A stretch of 64,000 bases of DNA from a candidate division WOR-3 bacterium (GTDB lineage: Bacteria > Hydrothermota > Tepidihabitantia > Tepidihabitantales > Tepidihabitantaceae). This document shows positions 29,329 to 37,706 of this stretch, one piece after another; within the stretch, counting starts at the first letter, position 1; each line of letters begins with the position of its first letter. A program made the translations under genes and the position numbers. The notes under the pieces are model-generated. The model was not told the origin of the DNA. It worked only from the letters and a program-made list of their open reading frames with translations, and searched no databases. The stretch lies in assembly GCA_037441285.1 (NCBI GenBank), contig JBBISL010000003.1, positions 74,763-138,762 on the forward strand. Reading direction: 5' to 3'.

Positions 29329-30665
29329 GCGACGGTGAGTTCCGCCTTTACCCAGGGTAGAATTCCCGAGCCGGTCGGTTTGGTTTCACGGCTAATCGCC
29401 TGAACCGTTTTAAGGCAGTCAAGGGCGTTTCCTTTGAGCGCCCAGCGTCCTGGTTCCGGGAGCGCGACAATTTCGCCATCTCTTATAACCTGGCCAAAGT
29501 AAAGCGGGTTGGTGAAGTCTCCGGTTGTTCGGTTCGCGGTATGGAAGCCAAGAAGCATTTTTACGAGCAACCCATGTTTAATTGATTTCACCATTTCATC
29601 GAGCGACTGATTTCCCGGAGCAAGGTAAATGTCGTTGATGGTGCAGCGGACCGGCGCCTCATGTTCCTCTTCGATCAGTACCGGTCGTCTTTTGCCATTG
29701 CCGGTTGATTCGACCCCATCTTTTACCGCGGTTGTCCGGTCATAGAGGTACATCTTCAAGATGCCGTTTTCAATTATCAGGTTTTTCCGGCTGGGGGTGC
29801 CTTCATCGTCGGTGGGGAAGGTGTTGCCATCATAGGGAGCGGTCGCGTCGTCCCACAGTGTAAACTGGTCGGGGGCAACGCGTTCACCAAGCTGCAAGCG
29901 CGACATCCCTTCTTGCACCGTTGAGGCATAAAGATGCTCGGCGACCAGCCGGCGGATGAGTTCTTCAAACATCACTGGATGCAGAATAACCGGTACCTTT
30001 TTGCCTCGCATATTTTCCTGTTCGGGATTGGTTTCCCGGTCGGATAAACTGCGGGCAACGCGGGCGCCCAGCTCGATTACCTGTTCCATGACTTCAGGGT
30101 ACTTTCTTCCCGCAACAAAGTCAAAATCTTTTGAGTTCACTTCGGCAAAGGCAGAAAAACCGGTGCGTTCGGCATAAGCGACTTCCGGGCTGTGCAAGGT
30201 GGAAACAAGTCGTTGTTCAATCTCAATCTGGATTGCACCTTCAATCGTTTCGATTTTGCCGGTGGCGAAAGCCCGGCTGACAAGTTCACGGGCAATTTCC
30301 TGTACTTTACCGGGCGAGTTGAAAAGATTGGCAACCGCCGGGTCAAAGTTAATGAGTCCATCGGGCAGGTTTTCAATTATGGCAAAGGATGGGAGAGGGG
30401 AAGGAGCGGCTTTGACGAGTGCGGTTGTGATACCACGTTCCAGAAGGTCAAAATTTGGTTCAGTTATCGGGACATAGCCGATTTTACCTCTTTTCAGGAT
30501 ACGGAGGCCGGCAGAGAAGATGTCTTCTTTTAACTCGAGGGTGATTTCTTTGTTTTCAATCCGGGCACTGAGGACCCGGCTGTTGGTGACAAGCAGTTCA
30601 CAATCGTCCAGTCTTAACCTTTTTGCCAGTCTTGCTACTTTTTCATTGAATTTGAGTAGTTCCAT
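29325..30665 (-). CDS. TldE/PmbA family protein
   Basis: PTDDEGTPSRKNLIIENG, STGNG, HTANRTTGDF; no HExxGH motif; follows tldD. Confidence 0.85.
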   Translation of the reverse strand: MELLKFNEKVARLAKRLRLDDCELLVTNSRVLSARIENKEITLELKEDIFSAGLRILKRGKIGYVPITEPNFDLLERGITTALVKAAPSPLPSFAIIENLPDGLINFDPAVANLFNSPGKVQEIARELVSRAFATGKIETIEGAIQIEIEQRLVSTLHSPEVAYAERTGFSAFAEVNSKDFDFVAGRKYPEVMEQVIELGARVARSLSDRETNPEQENMRGKKVPVILHPVMFEELIRRLVAEHLYASTVQEGMSRLQLGERVAPDQFTLWDDATAPYDGNTFPTDDEGTPSRKNLIIENGILKMYLYDRTTAVKDGVESTGNGKRRPVLIEEEHEAPVRCTINDIYLAPGNQSLDEMVKSIKHGLLVKMLLGFHTANRTTGDFTNPLYFGQVIRDGEIVALPEPGRWALKGNALDCLKTVQAISRETKPTGSGILPWVKAELTVA

Positions 30666-30668
30666 ACA

Positions 30669-32171
30669 TCACCCCTGAACCGAAAGGCTAACAAACTCGT
30701 TATTTTTTATCCTCGTCCACATCGGGCCTCCGTCCCCGACATATTTCGTCTGTCCTTTACCACAGAAACCGACATCGTCGATTGAAATTGGTCCAGCGAA
30801 TCCATCAACATACCGCAAGGCATAAAGGGTTTTGGCAGAAAAGTTGGAAGGTTTAACCGTTTTGGTAATTTTGCCGTTTTCAACAAGATAGCCGATAAGT
30901 ACCGAGGAGGACATGCCATCTTTGGACACGGCACCGCCCGAGGTTCCAATCAAGATTATGCCCCGGGGAATGTCGCTGATAAGTTCCTCAAGTGTTTTAT
31001 GCCACTGGCGTCGGGAGGCGGGCATTACGAAGGTGTTTGACATCCGGGGAATTCTGCGGTCACCCAGTTCACTGAATGCGCCGCCGTTGGGGGATAATCT
31101 GAAATAAGCTGCGGTTTCCCGATTTAATATCATTCCCTGTGCAACACCGTGTTCGGCAAGGAGTTTGGTCTGGACCTCGACGCCTTCATCATCGATAAAT
31201 TCGGCACCAAACCCCTGGTCAAATTTATCAGGTAGTGGTCCGTCTAAGATGTTTACATCTTCAGCCGCTACCATCCCTTTGGGTTTTCCCTCCTGGTCAA
31301 TTATTCCGGAACCACCGGCTTTGACGATGTCGGCTTCAAAGTTGTGGCCGAGCGCTTCGTGAACGAAGACGCCCAGGGTGGTATAGTGTAATACTAAGTG
31401 GGTGAGCGATTTTATTTCTTCGGGCGATAGGGTTATGGCGGTCTGCAACTCTACCGTCTTTTCCATCCATTCCCGGATGTGTCGTGCGGCAAGGCGGCTG
31501 AGGCGAAATCCGTTTTTGTTAGATTCAACGATAAAAGAGTAGGGCAGAGGATTACCCAATCGGACTCGGGTCTGGGTCATTTTTCCATCCGGCCCCTTTA
31601 CCCGGGTAAAAAGTTGAAAGAAGGTTCGGGGCATAACTTGGGTTTTGAAAACGCCGTCGGTGTCGGCAATAACCTTCTCCTCGCGCTGCGAGAAAAACCA
31701 GAATTCCGGCTTTAGTTCCATTACCGGATGCTGATGTTCAATCTTATGGGCGATACTTTCCACTCCGTCAATAATCGCCGCGAAAATCCGGGCGGCAGGA
31801 AATGTTTTGGGTGCCAGAGCGCCGTAGTGGACCTTGCCCGGATTGGGAATGGGAGCAAGGCACACCGGTTTTGGGGGCGCAGGCGTAAGTTTGAGGAGTT
31901 TTACACCGTCGTCAATTGCCTGTTTAAGCGATGCCAGTTCAAGGGTTCCGACTTTTAGTTCAACCTTTTTCCCGTCGTCCAGGAGGCGCAGCTGTACCCG
32001 GGCTTTAGCATTGAACGGTTTTTGAATTACACGGTCGGGAAGTTTTTGGAGTTCAATCCGCAACACCCTTTCATAGAGCAGGTCGGCATATTCTACTTTC
32101 TGGGCGGCGTAGCGCAAAACCTCAGCGGTTAACCGCCTGATTTTTGTTTCATCGTTAAGTCGTGGAGCCAT
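30669..32171 (-). CDS. tldD: TldD family metalloprotease
   Basis: HEALGHNFEAD, DDEG, PRMSNT, FCGKGQ..VGDGGP. Confidence 0.88.
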   Translation of the reverse strand: MAPRLNDETKIRRLTAEVLRYAAQKVEYADLLYERVLRIELQKLPDRVIQKPFNAKARVQLRLLDDGKKVELKVGTLELASLKQAIDDGVKLLKLTPAPPKPVCLAPIPNPGKVHYGALAPKTFPAARIFAAIIDGVESIAHKIEHQHPVMELKPEFWFFSQREEKVIADTDGVFKTQVMPRTFFQLFTRVKGPDGKMTQTRVRLGNPLPYSFIVESNKNGFRLSRLAARHIREWMEKTVELQTAITLSPEEIKSLTHLVLHYTTLGVFVHEALGHNFEADIVKAGGSGIIDQEGKPKGMVAAEDVNILDGPLPDKFDQGFGAEFIDDEGVEVQTKLLAEHGVAQGMILNRETAAYFRLSPNGGAFSELGDRRIPRMSNTFVMPASRRQWHKTLEELISDIPRGIILIGTSGGAVSKDGMSSSVLIGYLVENGKITKTVKPSNFSAKTLYALRYVDGFAGPISIDDVGFCGKGQTKYVGDGGPMWTRIKNNEFVSLSVQG

Positions 32172-32200
32172 AGTTTAGTATAGAAAACCTATATAAAAGT

Positions 32201-32228
32201 CAAGCGGGCTCAGTACTGAGCCCGCTTG
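32201..32228. terminator. perfect inverted repeat downstream of the RRM gene, probable intrinsic terminator
   Basis: CAAGCGGGCTCAG-TA-CTGAGCCCGCTTG, followed on the minus strand by ACTTTT. Confidence 0.75.
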
Positions 32229-32244
32229 GTATTTAGTCTATCGT

Positions 32245-32589
32245 TTACCAGCGCCGGTTAGAAAAACCACCGCTGTTTCCGCTGCGACCGCCTCGGCGCT
32301 GACCACGCTGTGGGCGTCCACCAAAGCCGCCTCGGCTTTCGGTGCGCTCCCGCGCCTCATTTACATTCAACGCCCGGTCTTCAAGCGTATAGCCGTTCAG
32401 GCCGGCGATAGCGGCTTGAGCCGCTTCGTCCGTAGCCATCTCCACGAAGGCGAACCCACGGGGACGATTAGTAAAACGGTCGGTCACGATATTTACCGAA
32501 ACCACTTCGCCATGTTGACCGAAAAGGTCTCTTAACTGAGTCTCGGTTGCGCTGAAGGGCAGATTGCCCACGAACAAGCGCCTTGTCAT
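32245..32589 (-). CDS. RRM-domain RNA-binding protein with Gly/Arg-rich tail
   Basis: LFVGNL (RNP2), RGFAFVEM (RNP1), VNEAR; GGAGG RBS. Confidence 0.95.
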   Translation of the reverse strand: MTRRLFVGNLPFSATETQLRDLFGQHGEVVSVNIVTDRFTNRPRGFAFVEMATDEAAQAAIAGLNGYTLEDRALNVNEARERTESRGGFGGRPQRGQRRGGRSGNSGGFSNRRW

Positions 32590-32901
32590 AACTATCCTCC
32601 TGTTATGTTTTCGCTTGAGAATCGTTCAAAAGGTGGGTTCGCACAAGGATGATATTTAATCTTACTGTGCTCTTACCCGGAACTGAACGGTTCCAAGCCT
32701 TTTTTCTTTGGGTTACTACTTTTTCCTGCCGATTGAGAACCCGTTTTCAATCGACAATAATATAATAACCAAATCAGAGTAAAAGTCAAGAAATTTGGTC
32801 AGGATAAACCGAAACGTCCCGCACCATTTTTCTTCGGCAAGGTTAGTGTCGATTTTATATTTTGACTTGAAATGGCTTTTTGTTAAGATATAAGACTTTT
32901 T

Positions 32902-34196
32902 ATGGTAAGAAATGTAATCGGTATCAGGCGAGAAGATAAAAACATCTGGGAGCGGCGGGTGCCGTTGACACCGGACCAGCTGCGCCAGTTGATTGTTGAA
33001 TACGGGCTGAGGTTTGCGGTTCAGAGTTCGCCGATTCGGATTTTCTCGGATGAGGAATTTCGGCAGGCGGGAGCAGAGGTGCGGGAGGATATTGCCGATT
33101 GTCCGATTGTGCTCGGTGTCAAAGAGATGCCCGTCAATTTTTTCCGGCCGCAGGGAACTTATATGTTTTTTGCCCATGTGATTAAGGGTCAGCCCCACAA
33201 TATGAAGATGTTGAAGCGAATGATGGAGTTGGGTTGTTCGTTGCTTGATTATGAAAAGATTACCGATGAGCAGGGGAAAAGGCTGGTTTTCTTTGGGCGA
33301 TTTGCCGGGATTGCGGGAATGATAGATACCATTGCCGCTCTGGGTCGAAGGTTGAAGGTCCTGGGCTGGGAAACAACTTTTCAGGAAGCAAAACTGGCAC
33401 ACGAGTACCAAAGGGTTGATAAGGCAAAGGAGGCGATTGCCCAAATTGGAGAAGCGGTGCGGCGTAATGGTTTACCAGAAGAGCTGGCGCCATTGGTTAT
33501 TGGCGTGACCGGCTACGGTAATGTTGCCCGCGGTGCGGGTGAAATTTTAACGGCACTGGGAACAACATTAGTGACTCCGGCGGATTTACCGGCTCTGCTC
33601 AAAGAGGGGAAAAAAGACCAGATTTATCAGGTAGTTTTCAAAGAGGAGGATACGGTTGAGCCGAAAAACCCTGAGGAGAAGTTTGACCTGAGCCAGTATT
33701 TCAATCATCCCGAGCTGTATCGGGCAAAATTTGAACGACACTTGCCCTATCTTTCGGTTCTGGTCGTTATCCGCGGCTGGTGACAAAAGAGTATTTGAGG
33801 GAGAACTTTCAGCCTGACCGATTCAAATTGCTGGTTATCGGTGATATCTCCTGTGACATTGAGGGCTCTATTGAAATTACGGTAAAAACCACCGACCCGG
33901 GTGCGCCATTTTTTGTTTACGACCCTTTGACCGGAAGGGTCACCGATGGTTTAGAGGGGCAGGGGATTGTAATAATGGCGGTTGATAATCTGCCCTGCGA
34001 ACTGGCGTTGGATGCCTCCCGGGAGTTTGGAGAAGCATTGCTGCCATTTATTCCGGTGCTTGCCAGTGTTGATTTTCAGGCTGAGTTGGAACGGTTGGTG
34101 TTACCCGGAACTTTACAACAGGCACTGATTCTCCATAAAGGGGAATTAACACCGAACTATAAGTATCTTGAGAAATTTGTGAAAGAAAGGGGATAA
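32902..34196 (+). pseudogene. lysine-ketoglutarate reductase (AlaDH/PNT fold), frameshifted near 33764 into ORFs 32902-33783 and 33780-34196
   Basis: GIRREDKNIWERRVPLTP, FFAHVIKGQ, LDYEKI, FGRFAG, G.GNVARGA in one frame; RYPRLVT, GDISCD.EGSIE, MAVDNLPCEL in another; the expected NxxYW segment is missing at the junction. Confidence 0.75.
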
Positions 34197-34200
34197 TTTT

Positions 34201-35538
34201 ATGACAAAGAGCAATAAGCGTGTTTTAATCCTTGGTGCCGGTCTTGTTTCCAGACCGATGGTCCGTTATCTGTTGCAGTTGCCCGGTGTTGAAACCGTGG
34301 TGGCGACCCGGACCGTAAGTAAGGCGCAGGATTTGATTGCCGGGCATCCGAAGGGCAAGGCGGTGGCGCTATTGGTTGATAACGAACCTGAGTTACACCG
34401 ATTGATTGCGGAGGCTGATGTCGTGGTAAGCCTTTTACCTTATACTTATCATGTAACGGTTGCCCGACACTGTCTGGAGCTGAAAAAACATTTAGTTACG
34501 ACTTCCTATGTTGGCGATGCGATGCGCCAATACTCAGAACCCGCCGCAAAAGCCGGCTTACTTTTCTTGAACGAAATTGGCCTGGACCCGGGAATTGACC
34601 ATATGTCGGCGATGGCGATTATCGACCGGGTTAAAAACGAAGGGGGCAAGGTCGTTAGTTTCATATCTTCCTGCGGTGGTCTGCCGGCACCGGATGCCAA
34701 TGACAACCCTCTGGGGTACAAGTTTTCGTGGAGTCCGAAAGGGGTGTTAATGGCGGGGCGTAACGATGCCCGTTTTTTAAAGGACGGCAAAGAGGTTTTT
34801 ATTCCCAGCAGCAAGCTTTTTTCTTCTTACTGGAAGACGATGGTTGAAGGGCTGGGGGTGCTTGAGGCTTATCCCAATCGTAACTCTTTGCCCTACATCG
34901 AACTTTACGGGCTTCAAGGAATAAAGACAATGTTGCGGGCGACATTCCGTAACATTGGCTGGTGTGATACGATGCAGGCACTTGTTAACCTTGGATTACT
35001 CAAAGACGACCGGGAGTGGAGCGACCTGAATAAGATGACTTACGCTCAATGGTTAAGGGCGTTTGTTCCGGAAGAAGGGGGATTGCGGCAGGATGTGGCA
35101 AAGAAACTGGGGTTGAGCCTTGACAGTCCCGTAATGAAACGATTGGATTGGCTGGGACTTTTCAGCGATGAACCCATCGGGCTCGAGCGCGGTTCCACGC
35201 TTGATATTCTGGCGAAGGCGATGCTGGAGCGAATGTCCTATAAACCGGGCGAAAAGGATATGATTGTGCTTCAGCACCAGTTTGAGGTAGCATATCCTGA
35301 TAAGCGGGGCGAGTTTATTGAGTCCACTTTAATAGATTTTGGTCTGCCCAATGGTGATTCGGCGATGGCGCGGACGGTAAGTTTACCCGCGGCAATTGCG
35401 GTGAAGATGACTCTTGAGGGTCAACTGCGGCTTACCGGTGTCCAGATTCCGGTTGTGCCCGAGATTTATCGCCCGGTGCTTGCTGAACTGGAAAAACTGG
35501 GTATCAAGTTTCAGGAGCGGGTAAGAAAGATTGGTTAA
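34201..35538 (+). CDS. saccharopine dehydrogenase (glutamate-forming; Lys9/AASS-SDH type)
   Basis: LGAGLV, VSLLPY, NEIGLDPGIDH, CGGLPAP..NDNPLGYKFSWSP, EAYPNRNS, SAMARTV. Confidence 0.92.
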   Translation: MTKSNKRVLILGAGLVSRPMVRYLLQLPGVETVVATRTVSKAQDLIAGHPKGKAVALLVDNEPELHRLIAEADVVVSLLPYTYHVTVARHCLELKKHLVTTSYVGDAMRQYSEPAAKAGLLFLNEIGLDPGIDHMSAMAIIDRVKNEGGKVVSFISSCGGLPAPDANDNPLGYKFSWSPKGVLMAGRNDARFLKDGKEVFIPSSKLFSSYWKTMVEGLGVLEAYPNRNSLPYIELYGLQGIKTMLRATFRNIGWCDTMQALVNLGLLKDDREWSDLNKMTYAQWLRAFVPEEGGLRQDVAKKLGLSLDSPVMKRLDWLGLFSDEPIGLERGSTLDILAKAMLERMSYKPGEKDMIVLQHQFEVAYPDKRGEFIESTLIDFGLPNGDSAMARTVSLPAAIAVKMTLEGQLRLTGVQIPVVPEIYRPVLAELEKLGIKFQERVRKIG

Positions 35539-36053
35539 GGGTTTCCTTCCAGGTCAAACTCAGCAAACCAGAACCAGAAACCGGTCTTTTGAATGTGGTC
35601 GATTTCGGCTTGAATCAATTCAAGATGTGCCTGCTCCATCTGCTCCAGGCGCAAGAGTAATTGCCGGAGTTCATCTTCCGTTGCTTTCTCCAGGGCTCGG
35701 TGGTAAAAATCACGCGCCGACCTTTCTAACTGAAGCGCGGTTTGTAAGGCGTTAAGTTCGTTCTGTTTTTCTTTGCCCCGGATGAGCAGTTCTTTTTCCG
35801 AAAGGTGCGGAATGAGTTGCTCAAGAAGAGAAGCCGGAATTTCAACTAGGGAAAATGTCCCGTTTTCATTCAGGGAACGGTGCTGGGTTTCGAGCAACTG
35901 CCAGTGATGGTATTCATCGAGTGCCAGCCGGATGAACATATCTTTTCCTCCCGCGTCTTTGGTTTGAAAGGCAAACCCCAGATAGCGCTCCAAACTCTCC
36001 TTTTCTGCGGTCTGGGCAAGATTGAGCAGGGCGATGATTTCGGAGTTGAGCAT
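35535..36053 (-). CDS. ferritin-like/rubrerythrin family protein
   Basis: Two E...Y...ExxH di-iron repeats (DEYHH, MEQAH). Confidence 0.8.
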   Translation of the reverse strand: MLNSEIIALLNLAQTAEKESLERYLGFAFQTKDAGGKDMFIRLALDEYHHWQLLETQHRSLNENGTFSLVEIPASLLEQLIPHLSEKELLIRGKEKQNELNALQTALQLERSARDFYHRALEKATEDELRQLLLRLEQMEQAHLELIQAEIDHIQKTGFWFWFAEFDLEGNP

Positions 36054-36429
36054 AATACAATGATAATGTGCCAAGGCGGTAAATCAACCTTAATCGGTGA
36101 CCGCTGTTTAGATTTCCCTATGTAACTTCTGAAGGAACCGGGTGTTGTGCCGATGAATGATTATGGCGGATAGTTTTGAACTCAACCAACGGGTTGCCTT
36201 TAGTGCGGTACCCCAAACTGCCTTGGGGCACGCCCCGGGCTTACCTTTTAATACTTTTCCCGACGCCGGGTTCAGTTTAATTCGGTGCCGGCTTTTATCT
36301 ATCTAACCGTTGGGAATGATATATGTTATAAACTGTGTCTCTGCTGGTTTTCAGGCGGCGCGATAACAGTTCAAAGCGATGATTGCTTTCTTGACAGGGG
36401 GTAAGGATGGTGAATAATTCAAAGAGCAG

Positions 36430-37116
36430 ATGATACCAATTAGAACCGTTTGCCGTTGGCTATTACCGGTGTTGACCATTTTTTTTGTCGTCGTCTCAAT
36501 AGGCGGCAGTTGTTTTACTTTTTCCCCTGAGCTGACAATTAAAGCGCTGGCAGGAAAAACGAATTTAAGCGCCCAGGAGAGTACCTGGTATCGGTGCGAG
36601 GTCGAGGGAAAAGGCGGTTCTGGTTTGACATTTGAATGGTGGTGCACAGGTGGGCGGCTGCTTGATATCAGCGGGGACAGTGTAAAGTGGCGGGCTCCGG
36701 ACTCATCCGGGATGGCGATAATCGGGGTTGAGGTTTTAGACCAAAAGGGCAGAAAGGCGCGCGACTCGCTCGTTGTTTCTGTTAAGCCCAGGGTAGTAAC
36801 TTTTGCTTACTGGGAAGGCGCGGTAAAGGGTCGCAGTTATGTTTTTTGCGCCGATACGGCACGAGCCGGCTACCGTTTGAGCGGGCAGTCCTGGTCTGAC
36901 ACCCGGAATGTGTATCTGCTTTTTTTAGACGAGGACAATTTTGGGCGCTGGCAGCGCCAGGAAGAACCGGAATTTTTAATCCAGCGGTTTGCCGATGACA
37001 GCCGTCTGTTTTATGACACCATTCCTACTACCGGGGTTTACTATCTAATTCTGGATAACGGCCGTAATCTGGTTGACGCCAACTTTCGCGTTGAAATCCG
37101 CCTAACATCGCCCTGA
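36430..37116 (+). CDS. hypothetical exported protein or lipoprotein (Ig-like plus beta-sandwich)
   Basis: Hydrophobic N-terminus ending GGSC; 'VKWRAP' Ig/PKD-like segment; 'TGVYYLILDN'. Confidence 0.55.
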   Translation: MIPIRTVCRWLLPVLTIFFVVVSIGGSCFTFSPELTIKALAGKTNLSAQESTWYRCEVEGKGGSGLTFEWWCTGGRLLDISGDSVKWRAPDSSGMAIIGVEVLDQKGRKARDSLVVSVKPRVVTFAYWEGAVKGRSYVFCADTARAGYRLSGQSWSDTRNVYLLFLDEDNFGRWQRQEEPEFLIQRFADDSRLFYDTIPTTGVYYLILDNGRNLVDANFRVEIRLTSP

Positions 37117-37706
37117 AATTTTACTCTAAGTTCAATCTGTTTCAGCAGTTTCAATAGAAGTGGTACCGGTAGTCCAATCACATTGAGGTAACAGCCGTGC
37201 ACCTTTTCAATGAAGATTGATGCCCTGCCCTGGATTGCATAGGCGCCGGCTTTGTCATAGGGCTCTGGGGTTCGGATATAACTGTTTATTTCTTCTGGCG
37301 TTAGCGAGCGGAATGTTACCCGAGTTGATTCGGCGCCGGTTATTATTCTTTTCTCGGGTGATTTTATAATAGCAATTCCTGTAATAACATAGTGCGATTT
37401 ACCAGAAAGCATTTTAAGTATTTTTCTTGCTTCGCTGACCGTTGCCGGTTTACCGAGGATGCGTTTTCCCTGAACAACAATTGTGTCCATACCAATGACC
37501 AGTCCGGACTTTAATTTATGGGAGCGCAGAGTGGATAGGGCTTTGAATAGAGCGCAGGTGATGGCAAACTTTTTGGGCGCTTTGCTGGTTTTGATATCGG
37601 GTTCAACAAAATCAGGGCGGAGTAAACGGAACTTAATGCCGAGGTGGCGTAGAAGCAGACGCCGGCGCGGAGAGGTGGAGGCAAGGTAAATTGCTAATTT
37701 GCTCAT
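37041..37706 (-). CDS. maf: Maf-family nucleoside triphosphate pyrophosphatase
   Basis: LASTSPRRRLLL, GMDTIV, GKP, DKAGAYAIQG, NVIGLP. Confidence 0.92.
   Translation of the reverse strand: MSKLAIYLASTSPRRRLLLRHLGIKFRLLRPDFVEPDIKTSKAPKKFAITCALFKALSTLRSHKLKSGLVIGMDTIVVQGKRILGKPATVSEARKILKMLSGKSHYVITGIAIIKSPEKRIITGAESTRVTFRSLTPEEINSYIRTPEPYDKAGAYAIQGRASIFIEKVHGCYLNVIGLPVPLLLKLLKQIELRVKFQGDVRRISTRKLASTRLRPLSRIR

Noticed and set aside
29325..32171. TldD/TldE as part of a RiPP cluster
   Set aside because: No precursor peptide, YcaO or radical SAM gene nearby; a housekeeping pair is more likely
32716..33444. 242-aa minus-strand ORF
   Set aside because: Antisense shadow of the LKR gene, with no motifs
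33781..33783. TGA in LKR as a selenocysteine or readthrough codon
   Set aside because: Homology continues in a different frame from 33765, so this is a frameshift and not recoding
37041..37116. Convergent 3' overlaps (maf with the lipoprotein gene; capD with COG2426 at 53750-53808)
   Set aside because: Non-conserved-looking C-terminal tails in a compact genome; no sign of function
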